Numbered from the whole stretch's first letter, positions 37,335-50,529 are shown. The stretch: DNA of 56,766 bases, filler included, from Diploschistes diacapsis (GCA_023645945.1; 4 parts of 4 records of this genome joined end to end with filler, not necessarily neighbours in it), one strand, 5' to 3'. The notes: a model not told the origin generated them from the letters alone. Made by a program: numbers and translations.

Positions 37335-39549
37335 GAAGCACGAGGCGGCACGGCGGCAAGATCGGACACCGTGGTCTGCAAGTAAGATGTGCAGTAACTA
37401 CGTCGTGGAAGTAAACGGGTCGGTAGCATTGCTCGTATTGATAACCTATTTATTCTATCTTCTTCTGAATTTAAAACCCTTTTCCTTCTCCCTTTCCCCT
37501 TTTTACTCCTCCCTCTTCACCCCCTTCTTCGCTGGAATCTTTCCTCCCTATCTTTTTTCCCTTTTCTCTTATTCTCGACTTATTCCGAACCTGTTTCCCA
37601 CCCTCCGGATATTGCCGTACCGCATTCCCATTAAATCTTAAGCCCGTATCCCGTACTTTACCGTTTCTCTTAATACCTGGTATATATCATTTCCCTTCCC
37701 GTACTATCTTCCCTTTCTTGCCCTCTCCCGCTTTCCCACCCGTCTTTTCTCGCTGTGCGGCGCGGTGCGGTGCGGTGCACAGAACATAAGGTAATAAAAC
37801 CCAACCCCCCCCCCCCCCAAAAAAAAGGCCACAGGCCATGCAGAGGGGGTAAGCAAACGAACCATTCACAGCAGGGCAGACAAAAACTCCACATGCGCCA
37901 TCCCTGCATCCCATCGAGCTTGAAGAAAGGGGGACGGGGAAGAAAACAAGAAAGGGAGAAAGAAGGAAAGCAACCCCCTTCCGTCACCTACCTACCTGCA
38001 CCTACCTACCGGGTCTGGGTTTGCCTGGGCCAGGAGATTCTTGTTCCGCAACAATGCCAGGCTTTTCCTTCCACTTTCCGCGGTGGATGTATTGATATTG
38101 CGCGTACCTCCGAACGGCTCCGGCGGCGCTTCGTAGCCGGTAGACTGCGTTGCCGCTAGCTGCACAGCGGTCCCCGGTATCTACGCGGATGTGTGCCGCT
38201 CTGCCCGCAATCCGGGACTGGACCGCGAGAAGGTTCGAAGCGAAAGGCAAAGGAAAGGGAGGGGATCCAGAAAAGGGTGGGCGGAGTCCGGCAGGCGGAA
38301 AAGCGCTGCATGACTACAGCCAGGCCGTCGCGCCTGGTGGGCGTGGAAGAGGGTGGAGGCGGGAATCTATATACATACAAAGGGGCGAGGAGCGAGATGA
38401 CGGAGCGAGAAACACTTTTTCCTTCCCCGCAGTCCTTCCCCAAGGACCACGCAGGCAGTCCAGATAACTCCGCGACAAGCCCCCCTACCACAACTTGTCT
38501 CGGAGCTGTATTCGACCATCCGTCATCCCCATACGATAAACACCGCGCCTTCCCTTGCGAAGAGAATACGGAAAACGATGGAGGAAGCTTTCGTATTAGC
38601 ACGATCGGTTAGCCCACGGTCGGTGGGGGTGGGGGGACGTGCTGTGGGCCTGGAGATCACTACGTGGTTGTAGCATATGCCGTAATCTACCTTGCATACG
38701 GACTGGAACGTGTATTTGAGGCTTTTTTATATATAAGCACCCCGTTACCAATGCACGTGCAGCGCCCGCCGGGGAGGGGGGAAGAAGTCGTCTGATAGTG
38801 GTGTCTGGTGGTGGTGGTGCCTGACAAACAAAAGTTATCGTGGTGGGTTGCGGAGTACCCTGCCCTTGTACCGTACCACTGAAGGACTTCATTTTCTGTA
38901 TGATGGGAGGGGGAGGGGGTTCGTTATGCCATAACCGAGGATCCCGACGCCATGAGGACTTATTGCGTGCCTGCTGTGCCCGGCCTGGTGGATTTGTCTG
39001 CAATGTCTGCATTGTATGCTATCTGGGCATCATCAACGTGCCTGATCTCTCTCTCTTCATAGCGGAACTACCTGCTACTTCTTCTATATCGTCGTTGGAG
39101 TTAGCAACCGAGGGGCTGCAAAAATCGCTAGTCTATACCATGAACGTGCAATGCCACCCCCCTTCCCCAACCTCCGCCACCCAGAGAAGCCAAAGCAAGA
39201 TGCTCTGCGCAAGCCGTTTCCTTAGTAAAGCATGGCCGTCAAGGCATGAGCGAGAGCACGAGATGCAAATGAAGTGCATGCATGCGGAAGGGACGCCGTC
39301 GTCAATGCAAAGCCGACTCGCTCTCCTGTCCTTGGCCGGCCAGAGCCTCAGCTTACAATGTCGCCGCCCTTGAGCCGGAACTGCCATCAAGTGTACATTT
39401 CATACGCCCATGTCGTCTTCAACAAAAAAAACCTTCCAAGCACCCCCGTCTTGTGCGGGCCTTGGGACCGCGGAAAACGCGACGCCTGAAGGCAGCCAGC
39501 ACCACCAATGCAAAAAAAGACTAATAACTTTAGGTGACGGAAGCTGCGC

Positions 39550-41097
39550 TCAGGGCGCGACACCAACCCATCTTGGAGGAACCCGTCTCCGCCTGTACCT
39601 ATTCTGACCAATTGAATCCCTGGTCTGCACCGTCTTCGCATCGCCACCCGATCTCGCAAACTCCCCCTTGTCCTCCACGTTCACTTCGTGTCCCTCCTCC
39701 AAAAGCTCACCGTCCACGACTTTGTCCGCGCCAGCCGTCACATCCGAAATATCAGCGGCCCGGTCGTCGCCGCCTTCTGCCCTGGCGCCCAACCAAATCC
39801 TCGCTTTCCCGTCCCCTTTCAATTTCCCTCCCCTGCGCATGTTCATCTCCAAAACCACGACCCTCAGAAAGCTACCGTTCTCTCTCGGTTCCCTCGGCCT
39901 GGGACTGCTCCTCTTCCTCTCAAGCTCCTCCAGCACCGGGTTCGCTGCTGGTAAGAACACTGGTGGTGCAGTTGCCAGCGCGGAGCCAGATATAGGGGAG
40001 GGAATATACGGCATCAGCTGGATGGATGCTGTGCTGGGCGGGAGAGAAGGGAGGGAAGATAAGTGGAGGTGAAAGGATAGGGCGTCGATGTTGGGGAGCG
40101 TTGGTGCAAAGGCGAGGTCCAGGGGCTGTGTCTGTGGTAGTTGTGCGGAACGGGTGGCGGAGCAGGGCGTCGGGCGCGGAATGGGATCGAGGGCGTAGTG
40201 CTTTGGAGCGATATCGGAGAGGGAGTGGGCAGCCGACCTGAGCAGGCGGATGGAGGCAGTGAGGTTTGACTTGAAGGATGAGCGGGTGGTTCGAGTGGTA
40301 GTTGTAGGAATCAGGGTGGCGGGTAAAGTCTCTGGTGTTTCTTCTGCTATAAATGTCGGAGCCGCTGCTTTGGGTCGAGGGGGTGGCGAGAGGGGATCAT
40401 CTGAGCCGCTGACGGGAAGCTTCTGGGGTTGTCTTTTCTCCCTTCGAATTTGTTTTCTGACGTGCGATGAAGGAGTGAGAGGGCTAAACGAACGGGGCGA
40501 CTCAAGATCAGATTCGTCCAAGGAAGGCATGGAATCAGTAGAAAGCGACCGGTATGAAGACAACGGCGCTACGGTGCTCCCGCTCGCCACGCTCCACGCG
40601 TCTCCTTCGCTGTCCTTGTTCTCTCCGACGTCGTCGGGCGGACCCTGGAGAATGCTCCAAGACTTCGGACTCGAGCTGGACAGTGTGTACCGGAAATCGT
40701 CGAGGCTTAGATTCTCTTTTTTGATGTTTCTTCCAGACAAGTCACGGCGGAGAGTGAAGCCAGGAGGATTCTGGCTCGAAGCGACGGCCAATAGCGCAGC
40801 CATTGATGGGGGCAGTGCCTTTGGGTCGTGAGGTGGAGAGGCTGCGGGCTTTGAAGAGGTGTTACCGGATCGCGACCTGTGCGACTTTGGTGTCTGCGAT
40901 TTCGTGGGGATAATGACGGGCTTCGAGGGGGTTGGGCTCGATATCGAGGACAACATCTTCGGTCGGCCAACCGAGTCATCAGACGTTCTTGGGATGTCTT
41001 TGGGCACAGAAGATCGGATAGTGCTCTTCCGATCGTTTATTGAGAAGTCGGATGGCGGCGTCCATGTCGCGTGCCGGTAAGACTGAGGAACCATCAT
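39550..41097 (-). CDS. Ser/Pro-rich fungal hypothetical protein, ~515 aa
   Basis: Long uninterrupted ORF with the first ATG at 41097. Conserved-looking blocks HDPKALPPSMAALLAV, FKSNLTASIR and RPREPRENGSFLRVVVLEMNMRRGGKL...ARIWL. Confidence 0.75.
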   Translation of the reverse strand: MMVPQSYRHATWTPPSDFSINDRKSTIRSSVPKDIPRTSDDSVGRPKMLSSISSPTPSKPVIIPTKSQTPKSHRSRSGNTSSKPAASPPHDPKALPPSMAALLAVASSQNPPGFTLRRDLSGRNIKKENLSLDDFRYTLSSSSPKSWSILQGPPDDVGENKDSEGDAWSVASGSTVAPLSSYRSLSTDSMPSLDESDLESPRSFSPLTPSSHVRKQIRREKRQPQKLPVSGSDDPLSPPPRPKAAAPTFIAEETPETLPATLIPTTTTRTTRSSFKSNLTASIRLLRSAAHSLSDIAPKHYALDPIPRPTPCSATRSAQLPQTQPLDLAFAPTLPNIDALSFHLHLSSLPSLPPSTASIQLMPYIPSPISGSALATAPPVFLPAANPVLEELERKRSSPRPREPRENGSFLRVVVLEMNMRRGGKLKGDGKARIWLGARAEGGDDRAADISDVTAGADKVVDGELLEEGHEVNVEDKGEFARSGGDAKTVQTRDSIGQNRYRRRRVPPRWVGVAP

Positions 41098-41984
41098 CTT
41101 GCGAGGGAGTCGTGCCTCATCCGTGCAAGACTTGAAGCATTCACAGAAACAGCCTTGATAAGCTGCTCCAGATAAGGCTTTTTGGAGTCGTTCACCCACG
41201 GACGTTCTTATCGAGAGAGGAATCAAAGACGATAGAGAAACCGGTTCGAAAGCGACGACAGTGCTGAAGCGGGCAAAACGCAGCAAGAATTGCGATCACC
41301 ATGACTATGCTTTAGGCCGCAGCATGGCATGTGGTGAGTGAGGTGTAATGCGACGTCGCCGGACGCTAGGCAGACGATGCTCTTGTTTGGCAAGTGAGGT
41401 GTCAGCATGCAGTAGACTCAGGTTTCAGAACCAGCGGAAGCCACCGACGGGGGCGGTTGGGCTCAGTCCGTAGAACAGATGCAAACCGAAGTCAATGGAT
41501 GGTGGTGTCAAAAAGTAGGGAGAGGCTTTTAATGATGGGGCATTCAAAAGTGAGCTAGAGGTGATTGTCATATTTACCTCGTGAGAGATTGATGCTGGCC
41601 ATTATCCCATTATCGCTCCCCTTGGCGAAGCAACTGATAAGGATCCAGTTGCGCACACGACATGATTACCACACACGCGCCGAGGGCCCTGCTGTTATAA
41701 AAACACCTGTCTCTTTCAAGCGAACATCGTGTGTATCTATCAACTGGACCTGTTGATAATTGATAACCAGATAATGCGGAAGTCCCCCGTCTCAGGTTTT
41801 TCATACTCCGTATCAGGTATATACGGGAGAGAGAAGTTCTTCATCAGCCACCAATCTAAGCCCACAGACATGGCCATACCAAAACAGAACACAACACCCA
41901 TCTAATTCCCTACCCGTCGACCACAAGCCCCTTCATCATCATCACCCACTAACCTATAGATCCTTTCGAACCTACCATACCCAC

Positions 41985-42027
41985 GCCAGGCGCCAGATGC
42001 CAGATGCAAGACGCCGGATGCCAGATC
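41985..42027. repeat. Imperfect 7-nt tandem repeat (GCCAGAT)n, ~6 units
   Basis: Read directly. Confidence 0.65.
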
Positions 42028-42610
42028 GGCCTCGCCTGCCTCTTGCAGCCAAGCTTTACACCTGCACCGGGACGACGTCGATAACACGTTTGCGCGCGCG
42101 CCGGGGGCTACTGGCTGTGTGGTGGCTGTGTGGGGCTGCCCGATAACTTATACCTAACATCGTGTGTTTAGCAAAAATAGCCCTCCCTCCCTCCATGATG
42201 CAGTGCGGAATTTAAAAATAAAAAAAACACCAAGCAAGCAAGCAAAGAAAGAGGCTTAAGAATTTATTTTTATTTTTTTCATTATTTAAGTTCGGATGGC
42301 AAAGACGGCGATTTACTCTTCTTTTGACGGCCACTACGGGAGTAAGGGGTTCAGATCCTTCCCGGGGTGCCGCCGTTTCGATAAGAATTCCTATTATTAC
42401 GTTTGGTACGACTAACATACTCGTAATGAATATCGCGGGGAATACGGATTAATTACTAATTACCTATAAAAGTGTAAAGTAGCACCGCGGGGCGTGGTGG
42501 GCCCCCGTGTGGTTTTTTTTTGGTTTTTTTTTTTGGGTAGGTGGGGAATGCAATGGTATGATGGTAATGGGTATATTTCCATACCTGCATCATCATGCAT
42601 GGTGTGTGGG

Positions 42611-42710
42611 NNNNNNNNNNNNNNNNNNNNNNNNNNNNNNNNNNNNNNNNNNNNTTAATTAATTAANNNNNNNNNNNNNNNNNNNNNNNNNNNNNNNNNN
42701 NNNNNNNNNN
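42611..42710. other. Artificial contig spacer
   Basis: N44-TTAATTAATTAA-N44. Confidence 0.98.
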
Positions 42711-42712
42711 GG

Positions 42713-42820
42713 GTGGGGGAGAGGAAGGTGGGGACGACGGCGGAGGATGTGGCGAGGGTTATGGCGGAAGGGATGAGGCCGAGGGAGAGGCTGGGTTTTG
42801 GAGAGGAGGAAAAAGAGTAA
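42713..42820 (+). CDS. Probable 3' fragment of an unknown gene convergent with separase
   Basis: The frame is open from the gap and reads VGERKVGTTAEDVARVMAEGMRPRERLGFGEEEKE*, with G-ending codons like other 3' gene ends in this window. Confidence 0.35.
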   Translation: MGERKVGTTAEDVARVMAEGMRPRERLGFGEEEKE

Positions 42821-43058
42821 GGGCGTGTGAGAGGATGAAGTTATCTTGGGGCTTGTCTTATGAAAAAGTAGAGAGAATGCACAAGTTGGTAGAAATGATG
42901 ATCTTGCGTGCGGTCGAGATCTAATCGAATAGTATTGCTTTCTTTTGTTGTTTTCCGCCATCCTCTGCTTCAATGCGTGGATGTACTACATCTCGTCCCA
43001 CATATTGAATACGTCTTTTCTTCGATGCAGGATAAACGCTCAGCCAGCGCCATGCTAT

Positions 43059-46000
43059 TCAAGAAAGAGAAACAGGAATTCCATATACTACAGGTGCCGC
43101 ACCATTAAGATACCTCAGAATGCAAGCGTCTCTGCTTTGTGCAACAGCAGCATCAAGACTGATTTTCTCCGCCTTAGGTTCTTCTTCCCACCTTTCTTGC
43201 TCCCGCGTCTTGCTCCTCTGTCTTCCTTTTCCTTTTGTTCCCCTCTTAACTGGGCTTACCGATCTGCTCGTTTTTGCACTGCCGGGTTTCTCTTCCACAG
43301 TCTGAAAGAGCCCCCATTTTCTGAGAACCTTCATGGAAAAGCGATCAATGTCCTTGTCGGTTACATCCCAGAGAGTACCGACTACTGCAGGCGCACCGCC
43401 GTTCAGGTAGTTGATAGGGGTGCCGTAAGACTCATATTCGCCGGCCTCCGTGAGCAAGCCGCTACTGCAGCCCATGAGGAGGGAAACGGCGCATTGATCG
43501 AGCTTCCTAATGGTGCGGGATCGTATGTACTGTCCACCGGAGCCGTGGCCAAAATACAGGTACAGAGACTTGGATGCCAAAGTATCCGCAAGCACAGACT
43601 CTGTTGGCGCTTGATTTATGACTGCTGGCCACTCATGGAGCGCTGATAGCGGTGTTTCAAACGTAGACTGTGTATGTTGCAAATCTCCAGAAGGGTTGAG
43701 TACATAAGCGCCATCAGTAGGGTCGACATTGAAGCTCGAGGCCGTGGCTCCGTTGTCTTGCTGTCTTAGTTTCAGAATTCGATCCCTAAGGCATTGAAGC
43801 GAAGGCAACCTGGAGATGGATTGCCCAGCTAAGCAGGGAAGAGATTCCCAAGGGAAAGAATGCAACTTTTTATCAAGGATCAAAATGATGTGCCCATCTC
43901 GTTGTTCTCCTTCATCGCCTTTTGCAACTTCGTGGTATTTTACCAATGCGTCCTGGACTTCTATGACCATTGGATCAAAGTCAATTTCATCATAAGCGTT
44001 GCGCTCGCCATTGAACTGAAGAATATCCACAACAAAATACAGCAAGTCCAGAATCGGCTCATCGATGTCTTCAAGATCGGTGGGGTTTCCAAGGGCCACA
44101 AAGAGCTCAAGAACTCGAGGATCGAGCATGACTCGATCCGCTTTGGAAGTTTTCGTTCTGCTCCGGGAAGGCAGATGCTTGTCTAAAGTTTTCAAGAACG
44201 AGAACTGAAATTTTGACATAAGATTTTTCTGGAACACGGAATGCTTTATCACGCCCCGAAAGCCTCCTAGCCAAATATTCTCAATGTTGATGAGAAGATC
44301 CTTAAGACGAGAGTCTAATTCAGCTCTGGCCTCCCACCAGGCAGTTTTGGCTCCCTTCCGTGACAGATCCCCAGCGTCGTGGGTCGAGAAATTCGCGAGA
44401 TCAATGATTCTTTTCAGCTCAGCCTTGGCTTCGTGGAACCCGAACGCATCTGCCTCGAACTGATTCGCACCCTTTTTGTTCAAGGGTATGCAGACCGCAA
44501 ATGGGGAGGCCCTAGCCTTGAGTTTACAAAGCCTCAACTCATCACTCTTCCCACTCACTGACAGTGAAAGAACAGTCCAATTTTCGGGAATGATGTCGAT
44601 GTAATCAGCCTGGAAGTTATTCAGATCCAACTTCGGAGTATAATAAGAAAAGTCCATAATCTCGAAACACGTGTCCCATAAGCCTGAACCAAGACCAAGT
44701 TGCTTTTCAACAGCCACCACTGATTGCTCCCTTATCGTGGCAACAGAGCGACCAAATTCTAGCCCAAAGTTAGCTTAGTTCGTCTCTGACGAATCCGGAC
44801 TTACCCATAACGAATGCTAGTTTGGTAGGCCCGACATGAGTTCCAGAGTGACCAGAGCTCATTGCCGATGCCGCCATAAGCACTTTGACCATATGGTCGC
44901 TGAGGGAATGGACAGTCGCGGTTGAGCTAGCTGATTCAGCAAGGACTGGGAGTGGCCGGATCTCTTCGAGGGCGCTACCAAAGCAATCATGAGACTTCGA
45001 AGCATTTTCTGCTTGACCCCGACTTGGCGTTTTTGGGGGAGCAGCAGCTTTAGCTCTTTTCTTGGGCTGTGGTGTCTTTAATGGAAATTCTCCATTTCCT
45101 GTGGTTTCTGGTCCTATTTGCTTCAGGCTAATGACTGAAGGACAGGCCACGGTCGACTCGGAAAGGATACTGAAAACTGGGTCTAAATCAAGCGACCCCA
45201 AAGCTTGCAAGAAAAGCAGTTGAGCCTTGCATGTTCCCATAACCACGGCAACTTCAGTATTCCTTGGTAGCGTTTCGGCTTCATCCAAAAGGGTAATAGC
45301 TTGCTTCAGTTTGCCCTTCTGTAGATAGCTCGAAGCGCTCAAGCGCAAAAGTTCACATCGAAGTTGTTGGAGAAGAACATTATCGTGCGGGGCATGAGCG
45401 TTACCATCCAATGTTGATTGGAGCTCCGTTGGCTTCTGTTGCTTCGTTTTGCTCTTCGTCAGCTTTACTTTTCTTGCCCCTTCACTGGGAACGTCTGTCA
45501 AGCTCAGTACTTTAAGTCGATCGATTAGCTGACCTGTAACCATGGCATCTTCATTAATTGGGAAAAGAGAAGCAAGGTTTGCTTGACGAAGTGTCCTAGC
45601 TGTTTTTTCGATGGCTCCAAAAGCCTGGAGGCACGTTTCCGGGGTGTAAGCCGCTGCGACTTTGGCCCGCAGCAGTACTATCTCTCGGCTAGAGGAACTG
45701 TAATCCGCTTGCAGAAGCTTTTCGACTCCTTTTAAAAGCTGCAGACCATGCTCAGCCTGACCTGAACGAATAGCTATCTCGCCCTTTGCTATATCAACTG
45801 CAGCCCTAAGACGCATCGATCCCACATTTCGAGAGATCTTATCCGCCTGATCTATGTAGTGTTGAGCTTCAAGAAACAGTCCCTCCTCGGCCAAAAACTT
45901 AGCCAGCTTGAGTAGTCCATTGAGTAAGGGCGTTACATGCTGCCAGAATCTCGAAGAAGGTAACGGCAGCTGCTTGATTGAGTCCTCTTGACCCGAACCT

Positions 46001-49000
46001 TTTATTCGTTTGCACATGCTTTGGTCAAGTTCCGTGTCTGACTGGTCTCTGTCTGAGGACCCCATGCTGAAGTTGCGCGCTTCTCGCTCAAGTAAAGCCC
46101 AACCTCTTGACATCATACTTGAGGCACGCCGCAGATAATAGAGTGCTTTTGATCTATTCCCTATCACTAAGTCAACGCTAGATAGCGTGCGCAGCGCTTC
46201 GGCAATCAGAAGAAGGTCTTTCGGATCTCTCAGTGAAGATGCCTTTTCGGAAGCAACCATAGTCCTTAGGATCCTTTCGATGGACGGGGTATTTTCCAGG
46301 TATCTGCCAGCGCAGCCCATCGCGAGGAAATACTCGGCAGATGCTGCATGCCATTGTAGACAGTCAGAAGGATTTAAAGAAGCTGATTCAACGTACGGCT
46401 TCCCCTTCTGTAGCAGAGAGCCAGCTTCATGTGTGAAACCAAGCTGCACCAGCTGTATAGCTAGAGCAGAGACATACTGGAGATATATGGAATCATCAAA
46501 TAGGCTACTAATCTCCAAGGTTTTGTGCGAAAGATAGAGCACGGTAGCTCGTTCGGAATCCAAGGCCTGAAGGTGGCAAAAGTTGGCAACTGTGTCGAAA
46601 AATCGCAGCAGAACCTCCAAATCTCCTAGCTTGTTCTGAAGAGACTCCCGATTTTGCTTACTGTCCTCTGTTATCAATTTCTTCCAGACGTCCAAGGACA
46701 CATTGATAGCTGCAAAATCCTGGCTAGTTCCTTGCAATGTTTTCAAAACACCAAAGGATGCCTTGAAGTGCTCTTGGAGGTTGAACAGCCCTTCATCCTC
46801 GCCTAGCGATATGAAGCTATCAGGGATACTTTCGTGCCAGAATGTACATCCTTTCAGAATCTCATCGTTGAGTGAACATTCAAGTAGGAGACACAAACAT
46901 CGAAGTCTGCGTAGGGGATACTTGGTCGAGCTGTAAATATCCAATATATTGTCCGCCAAGCTCTTAACAGTGGTAGAGCTTAGACCGCGGGTCTTCCGGT
47001 TTCCAAGTAGCTTCGAAGTGAAATATAGTTGGGTTTCGAGCAGAAATCCACGAACCTCGATGTCTGGTGATAAATGATTCAGATCGATCCTGCCGACGTG
47101 AATAGCTGACCTGCTATAACCATCCAGGATACGGCTGAGAACCTTGAAGTCTTCGTTTTCAAACACGGCCAGCATCGAATGTTGCCTGGAGGAGCTCTGA
47201 GCCGCTAGTTGGAGAGTTCCAGAGTTGGAGAAGAACTTCAAAGCTTGCGTATAGAGATCAAGGACTGCATCCCACTCCCCTGATAACTCATATAGAATAC
47301 CCAAGCGCTCGATCTTGGCAGTAATCATGCCTGCGGATTGTTCACGAACATCTCTGCTAACTAACAACGAAATCGATTTCCGTAGTACCGGCTTCAAGGC
47401 ATGGGAATCGCGATTCTGTTGCTTGAGCGCAAGATATCTTCTCCAGAAGATGTTCGATATTGATGCGTGGATGTTCGAACTAATTCTTGAAGATGAATCC
47501 AGGCTCTCCGTCGCCCTGTCTAAAGCAGTCTTCTCTGCCAGACGTACGCAATCTTGTAAAGCTTGATCAAATGGCTTCCAGACTTCATAGTCAACATCGA
47601 CTGACATCTTCGCCAGCATCAGGATGTTGTCGATCGTAGGTCCGGCAACCTTCAATGCCAATTCTAGCCTTTTCTGGAACCGTGAGCGTGCAAGGCCCTG
47701 ATCTTTCCCCGGATCCCTGCCTAGATAACGAACCACGAAATTTAAGCAGAAAAGTACGGCCTGTCTTAAGAGCGTGTTATATTCGCTGTCTGGTGTAAGT
47801 GCTTCGGGGGGCGGTTTCTGATCCTCTAATATGATAAGCATAGCCGACTTCCGCAGGCTTGAAACTGCCGCAAGCATCTCGTCGAGTTCATCCGAGCTAC
47901 CATCCACGGAGCTGCTCAACGCCTTAACAGCCTGTCTCAGTAGCTCAACCTCTGCTTCTCGCTGCTGAGGAAAGGGCTTTCTCAACATGGCAACAGCCAT
48001 TCGACATCGTACACTGCATTGTTTCGCTTGAGAGATATCGATGCGTTCAATGATTTGGATCGAGTGTTGAACCCATTGGAAGGATTTTCCTGAATGTTCG
48101 GGCAGTCGCTCGGTGTCTGTCTTTGTTTCTAAGAGGTTCTGGAGAAGGATTAACCGCAATAGATCAAGCTCCTTTTGCTCTATAGCTTTTAGAGATCGAG
48201 TGGCCGAGATCATCTCAACAGTCTCGTTCATTATTGCATCGGCAACACGCACTTTACTTTGCGCATTTATACTTGTATCTTCAAAGAAGGCATTCGTATA
48301 AATAGTAAGAGGACCCACGACCTCCTTTGTAAGATCGATTTGGTGTCCCGACAGTATCCAACCTCTCCAGGAAGTTTGTAGCGAAAGTGCTTGAAGTCGG
48401 AAGCAACATCCGGAGCCGCAGCATCGATTCTTGATGCTGGGGTTATCTTGACGTTTATGCCGCCTGCTCAGGTCTAGAAGCACTCGAGCAAGACTGCCCA
48501 ATTGTTGAGCCCCTTGTTCTTGCGCTGCAGACGTTATTGATAAGCTAATGAGGTTGGCAGGCGAGTCGCTAGTCTTAAATGTCAATCGATTAATCAGCCT
48601 CTCTCCGTCAAAGAATCGTGGCTTAAGAGCAAGTAATCGAAGGATCTGAAGTTGCGTAGTGATAACAAGAGACAATTGCTGAGTATGCTTTGGTATTTTT
48701 GAAACATGCAAAAGGTCAATGAGACTTGGTCCAGCTGACTGACCAGTATGCGTACTGGTTTCGCTCCTAGCCTTAACCTCACTGCCGTTGTCAATGTGCA
48801 AGCCCATGTCGAGTCTCTTAGCTAGCACATGAAGTTCCTTCGAAGCTGAATCGAGCATATCCAATGCTAGCAGCTTTGCAATCAATGCCGACATTCCCGC
48901 TTCAACCTGGAAAGGCGGTATTCGTTCCTTGTTCTCTTTTGAAGCCGTGTGTTTCCTGAGCGAAGCAAGTGCCGCTCTTGCGCACCCGGCGAGCGCCAGG

Positions 49001-49536
49001 ATGTTTCCATCCTCTGCCGAAAAAGGTTGCACGTCTTTGACCGGCTTTGAAGGACTCGCCGACCGACGGTTGATAGATCGAGGTTGCAGTGGCGTTGGAG
49101 GCTGAGCTATGCAAGATCCAGCGCCCACAGTGAGAGCACCAGGTCTATTTGTGCTTTTCCGAGCATCGCGTGTTCGAGGGCTAGACCTCACTTTGATCGT
49201 AGTTGTCAAAGCTTTGAGAGTGAGGTTGACAACTTCTGTCGCAAGTCTCAATCGCTCCAGTGGCTCCAATGCTGGCGGTTTATCATCTTGAGCCTTTATC
49301 TTCGCTGCTGGAACGCGATTCTTCGACGCTACATGACTTCTAGTAGACTTGGAAGCGACAGAATCGGGTGCTTGAGCTCTGCTTTGGTTCTGCTGTACCG
49401 CCGCTGGCTTTGACGGGGGATCTGAGGGGTTCAGTATAAGAAGAAGCGCTTTTAGAGTTTCAGGTTTGCAGGTTTTGGTAGAGGTCACTGCTTGCTTGAT
49501 AGCCTCGGGGGATAAAGTCGCATATTGTGTAATCAT
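43059..49536 (-). CDS. ESP1: Separase (Esp1/Cut1/BimB), 2 exons, ~2143 aa
   Basis: Intron 44759-44804 (GTAAGT...GCTAAC...TAG). Peptidase C50 motifs WWEARAELD, FPWESLPCL..SISRLPS, YVLNPSGDL, LYLYFGHGSG (catalytic His), LLMGCSSG (catalytic Cys) and GTLWDVTDKDIDRF. Confidence 0.96.
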
Positions 49537-49815
49537 TCTGAATCTGGGATGAGCAACATAATATTAACTATTATTGCCTGCTAGGAGATGTATAGTAGCT
49601 CCAAACTCATCAACCATCTGATTGTTGAAGCGTAGGTCGTTCTTTTAGCGAAAGTAAACAAAAGTGCTCAGGCGGTGAGTCGCGAAAGATGGCAGAATTC
49701 GCGCTGAGTAACGCGAAGCTGCCAAGACTTGGAAGAAGCTTGAAACCCCAGCTTTATCAGGGGTATCAACTTTCCATTGGAGGTTCGTCTAATGGTCTTT
49801 ATTTTCCGCGCAATC
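49537..49815. promoter_or_regulatory. Compact bidirectional promoter with forkhead and SCB/MCB-like sites
   Basis: 279 nt between divergent ATGs. GTAAACAA at 49654-49661, CGCGAAA at 49681-49687 and ACGCGA at 49711-49716. Confidence 0.5.
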
Positions 49816-50529
49816 ATGATCGTGCAGAAGCCAGTGTCTCTGATAAGAAGGGCCACCTTTCTATGCCCTAAAGCATGCTCAGTAGTTGCGGTCCGGAGCA
49901 CTTCCAGATATTTATCCAGCTACAGTGCCCAGTCATCTGAATCTCTCCCTCGCGTTGTGCAACCTTCAATATGGCAGTCGATCGTTCCCAAATTTCTCAG
50001 AGAGCGGCAGAGTAACAAACGGCAGGAATCGCCGATGAAGCGCGAAAGGAGCAAAGAATGGAACCCATACACGTTCTTCATAATAATGTTCCTTTTGATC
50101 GGATCGAATGCCATTAACATGATTGCTCTACGCAAAGATTTCACGAGTTATAGCAGGAAGGCCGACGCCAAGATCGCCCTACTTAAAGAAGCTATCGAAC
50201 GTGTACAAGCTGGGGAAGACGTGGATGTGAAGAAGCTACTCGGCACCGGCGACCCCGAGAAGGAGCAAGAATGGGAAGAAGGTAATTGCTACGAACGGCA
50301 GCACTACTTTTAAGGGGCTTACGATGCTTCCCTAGTACTGCGCGAAATCGAACAAGAGAACCAACCTCCTCAACGGCCAGGTAAAGGACCTGTTGCCAGA
50401 CCAGAACAGATGGAAGAGAACGCAAATTCTGCAGCGACAATTCCAGTGCAAGCTAATGACGGGGAGACGAGAAGCCACGATAGCATCCGACCAGAACGAG
50501 AAACCAAGCGAACACCAAAATTCTATTGA
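49816..50529 (+). CDS. Conserved fungal protein, DUF5321-like, probably mitochondrial, 2 exons
   Basis: Arg/Ser-rich presequence-like N-terminus. Motif WNPYTFFIIMFLLIGSNAINMIALR...LLKEAIERVQAGEDVDVKKLLGTGDPEKEQEWEE. Intron 50282-50335. Confidence 0.75.

Noticed and set aside
41740..41800. Possible TPP riboswitch (CTGAGA on the minus strand plus GATAAT motifs)
   Set aside because: The conserved elements are not on one strand in the right order, and no thiamine gene is nearby.
42325..42385. tRNA-like GGTTC stem-loop
   Set aside because: No cloverleaf, D-arm or acceptor stem could be formed. I recognised no tRNA, rRNA or snRNA anywhere in the window.
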